From Squalus acanthias (lineage: Eukaryota), in NCBI GenBank assembly GCA_030390025.1, contig CM059433.1, forward strand, positions 19,842,001-19,906,000: a stretch of 64,000 nt of DNA, given 5' to 3'. Position 1 is the first letter of the stretch. Each line of letters begins with the position of its first letter. A program made the translations under genes and the position numbers. A model generated the notes under the pieces. It was not told the origin of the DNA. It saw nothing but the letters and a program-made list of their open reading frames with translations, and made no database searches. Shown here piece by piece: positions 50,445-64,000 of the stretch.

Positions 50445-50619
50445 ATGTAAAATAGGAGTCATCTACAAATTGCCTACCTTCAATGTCCTTTCTTCTGCTC
50501 GTATTTTATGAGAGAAGATTGGAAGAAAATCACGGAATTAGGGGATAATCTCGGGTTTTTAGCCGAGAGATGTGCAATGATATTTTTCATACCACACATT
50601 AAATGCCTGGTGATTGAGA
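50445..50619 (+). other. Candidate host-gene exon (5' UTR or first coding)
   Basis: T-rich tract...acag| acceptor and GAGA|gtaagt donor in unique sequence; open frame MREDWKK...IE from 50508. Confidence 0.3.
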
Positions 50620-50959
50620 GTAAGTGGATTTAATCAGGGAAGGTGCACATGGCCTTGGAAAAAGTATCGGTGTGCCTTGTAAAATCCAAAGAGATCATTT
50701 GTACCATTTGTGCTTTCTGTCATGTAGGATTTTTTGAGGTGGCATTTGCCGCTAGAATTGGGGAAAACAGAGAAAGTAAGTTGGCCGACAATTGCTGATA
50801 GCATTATTCCTGGGTGTGTGCTTGTGCCAGGTGGAAATCTCCATTTGTGCTCTTTTCCCACTCATTTCTGCCTTTCTTTCTGTGGATTCTGGCAGCCGTC
50901 CAGCACTTTGCGTAAATAGTGACTTTTGTATTTGTGAGCTCAGATTGCGAGTGTTGATA

Positions 50960-51175
50960 GCTGTAGAGAAGCATTTCAACCGAGCCCAAAGTTGTTCTCT
51001 CCCAATGTCTGCACTTGCATAGTTCAGCAGGGGTCACTGAAGAGAAACAAAGAGCATGAGACCTTGGCTATATTCACTCCCCTCCTTAGTCTGCGACACT
51101 GGGGCCAATTCCAGCAACCACACTGGTATCGTGGCTGAGATCAGATGACTAGCATGGACCTGGGATCAAATGCAA
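50960..51175 (-). repeat. Old SINE-like repeat
   Basis: Related to 2395-2650 and 5640-5730. Confidence 0.35.
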
Positions 51176-52126
51176 TGCCACTTGGAGAGAATGCAATTTC
51201 AGTTTTGAAAGTAAGCTGTCAAACCATTATTCTGTTGAAGTGTTTACAGAAATACACCTCATCGGCAAATTATGCAGAAAGTACTCCAGCATTTATAGGT
51301 TTGAAAGCTTCCATTTCTCCAGTGCTGAGCAATAAATGGCTTGATAATTCTTCAGACAGAAACAATAATGTCTGTGCTGTGTAATGACAGTGCAGAGCAA
51401 GAGACTTTATAAGCTTTTGAAATAAGATTCACTGAAAACTCAGGTAATTATTCTATTAGAATTTTATTTACCTCATGTTGAATGTAAACCTAAATATTGT
51501 TCTCACACTCCAGTACTCCTAATGGTAAGTTTTAGATAATCCTACAACAGGGACAGGTATGCTGTTTATCAATGTAATGCTTTGCTAATGAGTCCAAACG
51601 TGCCAATTGTGACTATAAAGAAGATTGAGGACCATGGAATTAATGGCAGTTTAATTGATGAGTGTGAAAACTAGTTTAGTGACAGAAAGCTGAAGGTCCT
51701 GATAAATGTGTAAAGCGCCGCCTCGTGGGCGGATAACGGCAGCGACTGTCAGAGTTTTATGGTGGCTTGGTCTCTGAGTCTCCTGATGGTCACATTGGGG
51801 TATCAGTTCCTCTGTTTAAAAATGGTAAAAGAGTGATCTGCCTTTAGGATAGCTCACTACTTCTGTGGGGCAAGTGTCATGCTTATAAAATCGCTCCTGT
51901 GGGTGACAGAAAACCACCTAATTATGCTGAACAAACTTTGAACACTTGGGAAGTAGCTAATGAGGTACTTAAATGGTGGTAACAGCAAACTGTCACTATG
52001 CCAGCTGGTTACAATGCAACATTCATGTTAAGGTGCTGTGATGGGAGGTAAAGAATTTTTCCTATGAAGTTCTCCAGGAGCCTATTCTGCCAATCCTGCA
52101 AGATCAAAGAACAGGTTATACCATAT

Positions 52127-52824
52127 GGGCTAAAAATTGAGTAGCGCCAACTTCGCCGGGGCGCTACTTTTAGTGCCCCGGAAAAATTAGCGCCCTCACG
52201 CCGGAAATTTAGTGGTTGCGCCCCAAGAGGGAAGCGGGGCGCTACTGGAGGCGCCCTGCATCCCTCTGGGGCGCTGTGAGTCAATGTCGCGCTGCGGTAT
52301 TGCAGGCCTTCCTCCCCTTCTTAAAGGGGAGGGGCCTTGCGCAGCGCGACCCGGGGCCCAGCTGGGCCCCCGGGGATCGGGAATGCCGGCAAAAGGGCCT
52401 GGCACTCAAGAGAAGTGCTGGGCTCTTGAAGCGAAGCTGGCACTCAGCGGGGGGTGGGGGTGGGGGGCGGTTCAGGAGGCCGGGGACGGGAGCGCAGGCA
52501 GGTGCTGGCAGGCGGCCAGCAACAAAAATGGCCACCCCTCACCTCGCCTTTAAATAGCGCCTCCCTGGCCGCAGGTAGACCCCCCTGACCCCGTCGGTCA
52601 GGGGGCGCTCCCGAAGATCGCGAGTGGGGCGCTGCGCACAGCGATGACATCATCGCCGGCGGCGCAGCGCTGCAGGGCGCTACCTGTTAGTTCCGCCGCT
52701 AACCTCCCGCTGAATTTCACGGGAGGCGTGGGCGGCGCTGCGCTCGGGCGCTAGTTGCTTTGCGCCCTGTTAACGCCCTCTTAGGGCGCTAACGAGAGGC
52801 GCAAAGCAACCCAATTTTTCCCCC
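52127..52824. mobile_element. Harbinger MITE, TAT TSD
   Basis: tat|gggctaaaaattgagt ... acccaatttttccccc|tat. Confidence 0.9.
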
Positions 52825-52985
52825 TATATCTTTATACGACCGAAGCACAGTCATTAGTGATGGAGATACGCACATAGGGAAAACATGGAGTTACAGAGAC
52901 TGTACACTGACAGATGGACACACACTTGGAAATATGTAGTGTCAAACTTAGATGTAATCTTGCAGACATAGACAAGCAGATTGAA

Positions 52986-53368
52986 AAACACACACACATA
53001 CAGACATGCACACGTATACACACACTAAAGACACATGCACATACACAGACATACACACACGCACACAGACACACATACAGACACGCACACACATATGCAC
53101 ATACACACGCACAGATACATACAGGCATACACACACATACAGACATGCGCACACAAACATGCACATGCGCATAGACATACACACACGCATACAAACACGT
53201 ACACACACATGCAGACATACACACATGTAGACACACACACACACACATACATGCACTTACAGACATACACACACACGCACACATATACAGACACATACAC
53301 ACATACAGACGTATAAGCACACACACATACATGCACACACATACATGCAAACACACACACGCACATAC
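52986..53368. repeat. Degenerate (CA)n/(CATA)n microsatellite
   Basis: Visible alternating purine-pyrimidine tract. Confidence 0.95.
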
Positions 53369-53862
53369 CCAAGAGGAATCATTAGATTTTAGATTTTCCA
53401 ATTTTCAAATAGACTGAGGGGTTAGAGGAGTGGTGGTTTGGAGATAACAGTTAAGCAGTACTAAATGATCGATTGAGGATAAGGGTGAAAGTGGTGGTAG
53501 CAAATGTGAAAGCTGACATTGTAATATTTAGCTTATGCATGCAAATTTATTCAGTTAAAAAAGCAGACAAGGTAATTAAGGCCCAAGTAAAGGGCAATAT
53601 TGGGGAGAATTTGTCATTGGTGTCTGATTGTTTTGCATCTGTTTCACGATGGCTCCTCCAAAATCCAAGAAATAGCACAGATATGTCTAACCCCTCACCC
53701 CACCATCACAAGAGAAGAATTGTGATAGTTCTGTGGGAAATACTGCTCAATACAGTGCCTTTACCAACTAAGGAAATACCCCTCAGTTTGCCTTGGCAGA
53801 TGAGTTGCATTGGAAATACCAACACGAAAGCACTGAACATTTTACTATAAAATGCACACACT

Positions 53863-54047
53863 GGGGGTAATTTTGACTTTGGGTGATAGTGTAAACCAGA
53901 CAATGTCAGATCAGCCGCCCATTCTACATCTCTCCCGATTTTCATTTCTATTGACTTTAATGGAAATATAAACCGGGAGAGATGGAATACAGCGGCTGAT
54001 CCGATATTGCCCGTTTTGCTCTCTCACCCAAAGTCAAAATTACCCCC
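53863..54047. mobile_element. Palindromic Harbinger MITE, ACT TSD
   Basis: act|gggggtaattttgactttgggtga ... tcacccaaagtcaaaattaccccc|act (24-bp perfect IR). Confidence 0.92.
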
Positions 54048-54272
54048 ACTGTTTTCATTAGTCCATTTGCTACTTTTCAACCTTGGTGCATTAGTCTTTA
54101 TTTGGATGTGGTACTGGTAGGAAACGGGATGGTTGTAGCCCTTGCCCAAAGAGTGGTCGGGGTAACTTTACAAAACCTGCCTTAAAGATGAACATTCCAC
54201 TGAAGCCAGTACGCGCCACAGAAAGGCACCACGCCACCCTACTGGAAACATCTCTATCATTAAATATCTTGA

Positions 54273-54449
54273 GGTCGGATTTTCGAGTTGGTTGAGGGGG
54301 TGTGGGGGGGGAGGGTCCTCCCGTTTGTCCACTGTAACTCCGGCGTAAGATCTGCAGCAAACGCTTGTGACGTTTCTCCGGGGTTTCCACGGATCTTCTG
54401 CGGAAGTTACGGCAGACAGTCAGGAGAACCCCGACGGAAATTCAACCCC
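54273..54449. mobile_element. Short Harbinger-type MITE (degenerate)
   Basis: ggtcggattttc ... gaaattcaacccc. Confidence 0.5.
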
Positions 54450-55883
54450 CATCTGTGTCCAGCACAGGCCATGCATTTAAAGGGCATCACTTCTGAAAGT
54501 GTCACACCCCAGGATGTCACACCTCAGGATGTTACATCTCAACATCTTCATTTCAACCAATTATTAATTTTTGTTTGCGTCTGTAGGGTGGAAAAAAAAT
54601 CACAATTGTCTGAAATAAAAAGGTATCTTGTGAGCCAGGCAAAAAATAACATTGCAAATAACTAGCAGATATGAGTGGTGGGGAAAAACCTTTTCAAAAT
54701 GTCATCTTTTTACACAGTTTAAATCATCAGATAAAAATAATGAACTGAAGGTGTTAATTAGAATTAGGCTTATTTGTGTTCCTGAGGGGGAACTGATATT
54801 TGTGGTAATGTCAGGAAGGGAATGTTCGTGAGGCACCTTGATGCTGGTATCAGACAATTGTAACCAGAGTTGGTTAGCCTTACCCAAACCATGGGGAATG
54901 ACCACCTGCTCCAGTGCTGGTGACTGGAGACCTGATAGTGTGGGCAGAATCCTGCCTTGCCAGCGCTACACAAACAACAAGTTCAAAATGAAGTATAATT
55001 CCACCAGGCGAAATAAGTAGAAAATTTTACCTAAGTGAGACAAGGAAGTAAGGTTTTGAGGAGGGAGAATAGATGATAAAACAAATAGGTCACGGCGGGA
55101 GGTTAGATCAAGAAATAACATGTAAATAGCTGTGAATAAGAGGTTTTGGCCGGGGAAGAAGAGATGGGTGGGTCAAATCAGTGACGGAGGGGGTGGGGGA
55201 ATGGCACAAAACTGGAAGAAAATTTACAGCATTATTCAAAGTTACAATGTCCCCTTGTTATCTTGGCTTGCAAATTAAATAAAAATTATGACAACGGCTC
55301 GCTTGCATTTCAAACCATTCTTGAGCAGGAAAGTCAGGAATGTCTCTATGAGCCTGATCACATGTGGGGCCTTTGTGGGTCATTGAGCCATTTACCAGGG
55401 ATATTTTGTACTCCACTGCACGATTAATGAACTTTAGGAAATTTATGCTTGTAAATGCCTTGTTAGTTGCTGAAGAGCCGTTGTAGCAATTATCACAGTT
55501 GTGCTTCACAATTGATCGGTTGCCTTTGTTTTGTACAACAGATAAAATTGCATTGTCCATCAACACACGTTCAAAAACTGCACGCCTCCTTGATTTTGTT
55601 GGAGGGTTACAAATTATAAAAACAAACGGAAATTTCTTCTATCTTTTTTGAAGGGAGGAGAATTTGGCCTCTAGAGGGCATAAGGGAAAAATAAATAGAA
55701 GAATCCTCGGGTGCACACGGCAGCAGAAAGAACACATCAACCCCGTCACCATAAAGTGAGCATTCATAAAACTGTTTCGGCCCACCCTCTGTGGGTGATT
55801 GATCGACACTGTAGGAAAAGGCTATCTCTTGGAAAGCTGGTGTACTTCTTACCAATGGCTATTTCCTTTTTTCTCTGTTTCAG

Positions 55884-56005
55884 CGTTTGGCTCTGTGTTA
55901 AAACACATTTGTAGAAAAGTAACGTCCTGTGCAAATTGCAGCGGTAGTTTAAATCCGGGTTTCATGTCATTGTTCAGAACACATCAGGATAAAATGGAAG
56001 ACATG
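55884..56005 (+). other. Candidate host-gene exon ending ATG GAA GAC ATG|gtaagc
   Basis: Strong acceptor tttccttttttctctgtttcag; donor ATG|gtaagc; open frame; Kozak-like aaaATGG at 55994. Confidence 0.45.
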
Positions 56006-58604
56006 GTAAGCTGATGGATGATGCTTTAGGTTCTAACTGCTTGGGGTACAAAAATTGCTCACAGGAATCTATTTTCACTAATTCTTAGAATAAATACACT
56101 GATTCCTATCCCTATCCTTGCTGTTGCAGCATTTGACAGAAATAATGGGATAATTGTAAAAGTATTGTATTCAGCACTTATAAATCCTAAGGCCTCATAA
56201 TTGCCAGATTTGTTTTATAAGCAGTGAATTTCTTGTCCTAGCTTTGTCAAAGCTGAGGATACATAGGAATATGGCAGCCAACATGTTCAGGTTGGAGATG
56301 GGTACTGGTATTTGGTATGGTTAGGCTATCTGGGAGCTCGTGCACCATGTGGGATGAGAGTTAAATGTTCGGATTGAGGACTCAAGTGTCAGGGGAGGAG
56401 GGGTTGGGGGCACTAGGACCAGGATTTGACCCTGGACCAAGTGGCCTCGGCCTTGGGAGCGGGAGGGTAGGATGGGAATCTTGTGCAGCTATGGTTGGGT
56501 CGCAGTCAAGGTGGTAGCTGGAGTTTGTGACTGCTTGGGGGAGGGGAAGAACGAGGAAGTAGTTAAGGGAAGGAGCTGAGCACAAGACCTGTGCAGCAGT
56601 GAGCAAGGAACACCTGCAGGGAACAGAGGACCAGAGGTTGCTGTGGGGAGCAGAACACCCGAGGGCACCAGGAGCGAGGCAGCAGGCAAATTCCCAGGCT
56701 CAATGGTTAGAACCAAGAAAAGAGGAACAACAGATGGCCACCAGGGGAGAGGAAGAGGCCTAAAGGAGAGCTGAGACTTTACGTGCAGTAGAAGACTGAT
56801 TTTGAGGTTGAAACTTGGAAGAAGTGATTGCATTCAAATTGGTGAGGAAGTAAATAACATCGGAACAAGTTGTAACAAGACAGGCTCAGGACAAAATGAC
56901 CACTTTGAAACATGGGAGAGTGAAATTGCCTATTAAATAGCATTTGCTGGTAATGAAATTGGTATAACTGCAAACATACGTCATTATTCAAACTGGTGAA
57001 ATCCATTCAATCGCACACATATTTGGGCCATGCCTGAACTCAGAGTAGTACCAAATAGCCACAGATAGATCAATTAAATAGGATAGTCTGTAAAATTGTT
57101 AGAAGAGTTTCCAATTGGTTCATATTTTTCTCAACTATTGCAAAGCGAAAGCGCAATTTAGCAAGGGAAAGAATGAAGAAAATCTCAGCAATAGTGTCAC
57201 TACCTGAAGTGCCTTGGGATTGCTGTGTTAATTATTTTTTAATTAATGGTGGTGTAGTGCCTGCAGCCCGACAACAACGTGAACACACTGCACTGGGAGG
57301 GTGGAGGTTGAAAATCTCAGTGATATAAATAAACCTGAAAACCCAGTCCAACAAAAGAGAAATAAATACCGTTATTACTCGGGTCCGAACTCCTGGCGGG
57401 AGGGCCCTGAGAGGTCCAGAGGCCCAGAAATATTGGTACCCAAAGCCCAATTGGAAGATTCAGAATTCTAGGAGTGAACTAAATGACAAGAATAAGGCCC
57501 CCATAACAGTTTTACAGGTCATTTTATTTTATGTAATTGCGCGATTTGAGGTACTTGGTATGTTTTAACCCATACAGATATGTCAAGTTATACCATGGAC
57601 GCATCCAACACCCTTTGGACTTGCACAATAATTGTGTGTGTATGAATCTGCGATATAACCAGACTCTCGCTCTCGCTATCTATCTCTGTACAATTGGAGA
57701 AATGTATTCCTTCAACCAATCACATCCCAGAAATTTGGCCTATCAGATTCAAGAACCCTATCAGTAGTGTTATTTTTGATTGGTTCAGTCACAGCAATGA
57801 CCTCCAAAAAGGTCTCTGGTGTACAACCACTATGACAGCATCCTGTTTTCCCCCTCAACTAAATCTTTCCATAGCATCATTCTTTGGCTTCAGGCCCTGC
57901 TGATCCCACGTGCTGACTCCAAGCCGCATTTCTTTTGGACTTTGCTGCCACCGGCTCCTGGTTCCAGACTTGGCTACTGCTGCTCCCTGTTGTAAAACAT
58001 TTGGATCACTGTGGGAATAAACGGAGAGGTTGGGGCAGGAGACAGTGCTGAAGTGCAGGACCCCAGCCTCCTATGAATATAGACTGAAGGAACAATACTG
58101 GTGTAACGTCAGAAGTTACAACATATTTCACAATGTACTGGGACGTGGAAGTGGTGTTGATATTTAAAAAAAAACTTTTTGTGATACCAGTACTGGGGCT
58201 TCGCTGCATATTCAGAGCATATTCAAATACCCTTTCCTGCTATCTCCTGGCCCCAGGTAGACTGTAACCTCCCCCCTTACACCCTACTCACCCTAGACAG
58301 CCCATGGTGTCTTCACTTGCTCCTTCCTGCCTCAGCTTTCTGACTTGCTACCTTCCTTTCCGAGGCAATCTTGGTCTCCCCACTCATTCATTCTCCTCGC
58401 CAGGAAGGGAGCGTGAGTGGTGGTGGTGGTGGGGGACCAGGCCTCATGCCAGACTGAAGTAGGGCTGGAAAATACAAGCACATACAAGACAACAGGACAC
58501 AAATGACCGAGCATTCCCCCATCCATCAAAGTTGTGAGTCCGGCTCTAGTTTTCCATGCTAAGTGAAAGAATAAAGAAAGATTGAGAGACAGAGAGAATG
58601 CATA

Positions 58605-60135
58605 CAACAACAACAACAACAGCTTACATTTACATGTAAGTAAAACATCCCAAAGCAGTTCACAGAAGCGTAAACAGAAATTAATGGTGACGAACCAAAG
58701 AAGGAGATATTAGGAGAGGTGACCAACAACTTGGTCAGAGAATTGTGTTTAAGGAAGGTCTTAAAAGAGGAGGGGGAGGCGGAGGGGCTTAGACAGGCAA
58801 TTCCAGTGTGGCCCTAGTTGGCTGCTGGCATGACCGCTAATGGTTTGGCAAAGGGAGGGGATTGAACAAAAGGCCAGAGTTGGAGGGATATATTGTTCGG
58901 AGGGTGTTGAGGAGTTGGATGAAGTTACAGAGATTGGGAGGGCCGAGGTCACAAAGGAATTTAGCATGAGGATAAGAAATTTTAATTTGGGGCATTGTGG
59001 GACCGGGAGCCTATGTAGGTCAGCAAGGACAGGATGGAGAGGTGAGCGGGACTTCGTGTGGGATAGGTTATAGATAGCAGAGTTTTGGATGAGCTTAAGT
59101 TGACAGAGTGTGGAGGATTGGTGTCTGGCCGGTACATCATTGGAAGAGTCAAGTTTGAATGTGACAAAGGCATGTATGAGGGTTTCAGCAGCAGATGGGC
59201 TGAGGTGGGGGAAAGACGAGCGATGTTATGGAAGTGGAAGTAGGCGGGCTTTGAGATGAGAGGATATGGGGTCAGAGGTTCAGCTTGGCGTTGATGAGTT
59301 GAAGCACGGCCGGAGTTGGGCGATATTACAGATGTGAAAAAAGACGGTCTTAGTGATGGAGCGGATATATGGTCAGAAGCTCATCTTGGAGTCAAGTGTG
59401 ACACCAAGGTTGCACACAGTCTGGTTCAGCCTGAGACAGTGGCTGGGGAGGGGAATGGAATCGATGGCTAGGGAACGGAGTTTGTGGCAGGGGCTGAAAA
59501 CAATGGCTTTTGTCTTCCCAGTGTTCAACTGGAGAAAACTACATCTCATCCAAGAGTGGATGTTGGCAAGCAGTCTGATCAAACAGAGGTAGTAGAAGAG
59601 CTGAGAGAGGTGGGGGATTGGTAGAGCTGCCTTTGTCAGAGTAAATATGGATGCAGATGATGTTGCCAAGGGCAGCATGTAGATAAGAAAGAGGAGGGGG
59701 CTAAGGAGAGATTCTTGGGGACTTGGAGGTAATGATGTGGGGGTGGGAAGGGAAGCCATTTCTGCAGATGCTCTGGCTATGATTGGGTAGGTAAAAGTGG
59801 AACCAAGCAGCGACAGTCTCACTGAAATGAACTTGACAGGGAGGAGAGCGTTGGAAGATGGTGTGGTTGACAATGTCAAAGGCTGTAGAGAAGACAAGGA
59901 GAGTTACTGTATCACGGTTACAGTTACAGTGCTTGTCATTACGACTTTGGTTAGAGCAGTTTCGATGGAAACCTGACTGGAGAGATCGAAACATGGAGAT
60001 GTGGGAAAGATGGGCATGGATCTGGGAGGCGGCAACAGATTCAAGGACTTTGGGGAGGAAAAAGAGGTTAGAGATGGGTTGATGGTTTGCAAGGACAAAG
60101 GGGGTCAAGAGGAGGATTTTTTGAGAAGGGGGTTT
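58605..60135 (-). mobile_element. L2 LINE RT/3' region
   Basis: (caa)n tail; minus ORFs FRSLQSGFH, LLSPLLFLIYMLPL, SWMRCSFLQLNTGKTKAI. Confidence 0.9.
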
Positions 60136-60137
60136 GA

Positions 60138-60952
60138 AATAACAATAACTTGCATTTATATAGCACCTTTAACGTAGTAAAACGTCCCAAGGCACTTCAC
60201 AGGAGCGTTATCAGACAAAATTTGATACCAAGCCGCATAAAGAGATATTAGGACAGATGACCAAAAGCTTGGTTAAAGAGGCAGGCTTTAAGGAGTGTCT
60301 GAAAGGAGGAGAGAGAGGTAGAGAGGCGGAGAGGTTTAGGGAGAGAATTCCAGAACTTAGGACTTCGGCAGCTGAAGGCACGGCCGTCAATGGAGGAGCG
60401 ATTAAAATCGGGGATGTGCAAGATGCCAGAATTGGAGCAGCGCAGAGATCTCGGAGTGCTGTAGGGATGGAAGAGGTTACAAAGATAGGGAGGGGCGAGG
60501 ATTTGATGGAGGGATTTGAAAACAAGGCTGCAAATTTTAAAATCGAGGTGTTGCCGGACCAGGAGCCAATGTAGGTCAGCGAGCACAGGGGCGATGGGTG
60601 AACTGGACTTGGTCCGAGTTAGGATATGGGCAGCAGAGCTTTGGATGAGCTCAAGTTTATTTTGGGTGGAAGAAGGGAGGCTGACCAGGACAGCATTGTC
60701 ATAGACAAGTCTAGAGATAGCAAAGGCATGGATGAGGGTTTCAGCAGCAGATGAGCTGAGGCAAGTGTGGAGTCGAGCGATGTTATGGAGGTGAAAGTAG
60801 GTGGTCTTGGTGATGGAGTAGATATGTGATCGGAAGCTCATCTTAGGGACAAATATGACACTAAGGTTGCGAACGATCTGGTTCAGCCTTAGACAGTTGC
60901 CAGGCAGAGGGATGGAGTCAATGGCGAGGGAACAGAGTTTGTGATGGGAACG
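60138..60952 (-). mobile_element. Second, younger L2 3' fragment
   Basis: ORF 60248..60841(-): YFHLHNIARL...LIHAFAISRL...LHWL...WNSLPKPLRLSTSLSSFQTLLK. Confidence 0.92.
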
Positions 60953-62050
60953 AATGAGATAGGGAAAGGGGACAGTACCTGAGGAAAAGGAACCGTTTAC
61001 AATGTCATCCAGCCCGGGGGCCAGAAAGGGATGTTAGGTGGTCAGCAACTTAGGGTTCATCAGGCAGGATCTGGGTCTCGTGGACAGGATGTGCTTGGAG
61101 AGGGCATGAAAGAAGATAGGAGAGAAACTAGAGTAAGAAGGAAGTGGGGTTGGAAGGTGGAACTCCCTACCGAACAGCATTGTGGCCGTACCATCACCAC
61201 AGGGACTGCAGCAATTCAAGAAGAAGGCCCATCACCAACTCCTCAAAACAAGATGAGCAATAAATGTTAGCCTATGCCAGCGATACCCACATCCCGAAGA
61301 ATTATAAAAAAAGGGAGTAGGGGAATGTGGGTGGAGAAGGATATAAGGAAGTGGCCATAGGTGGCCTTGTCTGTGATAGAGGCCATGGAAGTAAAGAGGC
61401 CACGAGCAATAGCAAGGTTGAAAGGGCTGCTGTAAATATGGATAGGGAGTTTATATGGAGATAAAGGTTTCGGGAATACAGGAGGACAGTGAATTTGGTG
61501 GAGAGAGGGCAATAGGAGCTGAGATGGAGATTAAAATCAGCGAGGATTAGGAGTTGCTCAGTGCAAAGGGTAAGGCAGGAAAGGAGTCAGGATATCCAGT
61601 TATGAAACCTGGGGTTAGGAGCCTTGCTGGGACCGTTGGTGGGGGCAGAAGGGTAGAAAATAAGGAGTTTAAAGGAGAAGTGAAAGGAGTGAAATAAGTT
61701 GCTGGAAGGAAGAGAGGGTGTCAGAGACATATGGGGAAGAGACCAAGGTGTAATTTGGTGACAAGGACCACACCACTACCGTGGTTGTTTGGGCAGGGTA
61801 GGTGGTAAAACGTATAGCCAGGCGTGGAGGCTTCAGTAAGGAGCAAGGTTTTGCCATCCATGAAAGGTGGTGATTGTTGATCTGCTGACAGAGTCCAAGG
61901 GGCACAGGTGGGTAGTGTGAGTGGGATGGGTAGGAGGTCGGTGAGATTAGCTCTCATTGTGTGTGCTCGATGGGATGGTAGGCAAAAGAGTAGGACGGGG
62001 CAGTTGGGGTTGATGCTCATTAGGAGGCAGTGAAGGGAGTTTGATGGGAT
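60953..62050 (-). mobile_element. L2 endonuclease-region remnant with a nested + strand Crack-like tail (about 61160-61310)
   Basis: TEASTPGYTFYHLPCPNNHGSGVVLV (APE motif); tail is the reverse complement of the 10375 family. Confidence 0.7.
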
Positions 62051-63261
62051 CTTTGGAGAATGCTTAGAGAGCTCAGAGTGTAGCTGTAGGCTTATCTAAG
62101 GGGGATCCAAGCCTGGGATGGCAGCAGAAGAGTATGAAGGCAGAGTAGTGATGAGTTGGGGTAGGAACTGTGGGGAGAAAAGTACTCGAGAAGGGACAAA
62201 TGAATGGTAGCATGACTAGGTGACAGGAAGGAGAGGAGACACAGTAAAAGGACCTGACAGAGACCAAGATGAAAAAAAGGGAGCTAGAAGTAATGGGCTT
62301 GGGTCTGGAGCAACAGCCAAAATGCGCATGTGAATGGGCACATAGGCATGACCGAGATTAGGAGAGACATAGAGATAGAAAATATATGATAGGCATACAG
62401 AATTGAAGACATACAGACAGAGAGAGAAAAAGGGATTGACAGACATGGAGAGGTCAAGGCATGTGCGCTATGTGTAAAGAAATCATAAACCTGCTTATAC
62501 AAGAGATGGTTCGTGATTTTTTTTTACACAATGCACACTGGAATTTCCCCCCACAGAGAAGGGGGTGTGAGAGGCATTCAGAGAGATTGGGAGATATTTT
62601 TTTTCAATTTTTGTCTGATTCCGCTCCTGTGAAGTACCTCGGGATGTTGAATTACGTTAAAGGTAGAAATGAAGGAGATATTTATAGAAAGGTGGAGAGA
62701 TGAAAAGTGATGAGAGACAACAGACAGAGATATCAATGAGTGAAAGTATGTGAGACAGGGGGAGATGGAATGAATATAAGACAAGTAGAAAGACAGAGGG
62801 AGATGGATAGAACTAGACAGTGCAAAACAAGTAGACAGTTACAAGGAGTGAGAGGTATGATAGTTATTTATTTTTAGCTGGAAGCAACGTTACAGGAGAT
62901 CAATTAGTTGTTATTAAAATTGCACTCCAAATATCTTAATGGTTTAGAGTGCCTTCCCCAAGATCCCTCAGAATATAAATAAGTTGTTTCTTCAAAATAT
63001 TCTCTTCCGAGCAGATAGAAGCATTGATCCCTGTGAACAATCAGCAGGGAGATTGTTTGTATTATTTACACTAATAACTCGAGTCCCTCTCAAAATTAAC
63101 TTGCAAAAGATGTGCAATATTTTGTTTGTGCCTCTGCAAAAAATGTATTTCCTGTTGTTTGTACCTAGTATTATGCAGCATTGCTGAATAGGGAACTGAA
63201 AACATAAGGCAGAATCGAAGCATTTCCAATCTGTGCAAACCAGGAATTTGGAAACAACATA

Positions 63262-64000
63262 TTAACATATAAAACTGAAGGACAGGAAGAGACCAGTTGG
63301 TCCATCGAGCCTGTCCCATATGATCATGGTGCATCTTAGGCAAAATAGAACCTCCATTCACGGTACCAGCCTCCCGCCACCATCCAGATGTGTAATCTCC
63401 TGGGAGAGGCAAAGCAAAAGAAAAAAAATCTGAGGCCAATTTAGGGTTGGAAAAATTTGGAAATTCCTCTCCGATCCCAGAAAATTATCAAACAAGTTCC
63501 AGGAGACCATGCTGATGAGTGGAAAAAACAACCCCCAGTATCCCATCTATCTTCTATATGTAGTGATGTTGGCCACTCAGGAACTTATCTAGCTCCCTGT
63601 TTGAATGTTTGCAGTGAATCAGCACTCACTGCATGAACTGGCAACTTGTTCCATAGGTTGACAACTCTCTGTGAAAAGAAGTACTTCCTGACATCTAACT
63701 TCAGTTTTGTGCTCACGTAACTTCCACTCATGTCCCTTGGCTGTCCCTGACCTATCTAACTCAAATTGCCTATCACATGGACTGAATCTAATGCTTTCAT
63801 GGTTTTAAAGACCTCAGTAAAATCTCTTTTTTTAGAGTAAAACCCCCAGCTCTCTAAGTCTATCATGGTAACCAAGGATCTTTAAAGTAGGTATCAATCT
63901 AGTGTCCCTTCTCTGAAACTTTTCCACGGTCTTGATATCACCTATCATGGGAGGGGAATAAAACAGGACACAATATTCTAAATGAGACCTAACAAAAGCC
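63262..64000 (-). mobile_element. CR1-type LINE 3' region
   Basis: Minus strand RKYFFSQRVVNLWNKLP; 3' UTR related to 22956-24130. Confidence 0.85.

Noticed and set aside
51790..51840. CORE/MIR-like segment tatcagttcctctgtttaaaaatgg
   Set aside because: Similarity is too short and diverged to call
52832..53401. Long Cys/Val- and His/Thr-rich ORFs
   Set aside because: Translation artefacts of the (CA)n tract

Overview
Eukaryotic, repeat-dense vertebrate DNA, most likely an elasmobranch (shark). This is inferred from HE1-like V-SINEs, a SacSINE1/DeuSINE-like element, CR1 LINE tails and shark-type Penelope termini. No intact cellular protein-coding gene, rRNA, tRNA or CRISPR array can be supported. 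Most of the window is transposable-element debris: CR1, L2, RTE and Crack/Zenon-like LINE fragments, SINEs, Penelope-like pieces with minimal hammerhead-ribozyme motifs, hAT MITEs and more than 12 PIF/Harbinger-type MITEs. Main structures: (1) a near-complete two-gene Harbinger transposon at 38034-43026, with a 3-exon Myb/SANT gene and a convergent decayed DDE transposase, whose right TIR is split by a related MITE; (2) a 2.9-kb internally deleted Gypsy element at 46322-49195 with 134-bp LTRs, a tRNA-Ser(GCT) PBS and a Gag-N-terminus/integrase fusion; (3) one old CR1 ORF2 spread over about 12 kb (37.0-49.3 kb) by nested insertions. CpG-rich promoter-like patches (11.4-12.0 kb, 14.2-15.3 kb) and a few splice-bounded segments suggest the 5' end and long first introns of an unidentified + strand host gene; this is low confidence. 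All calls are by eye, with no database search.
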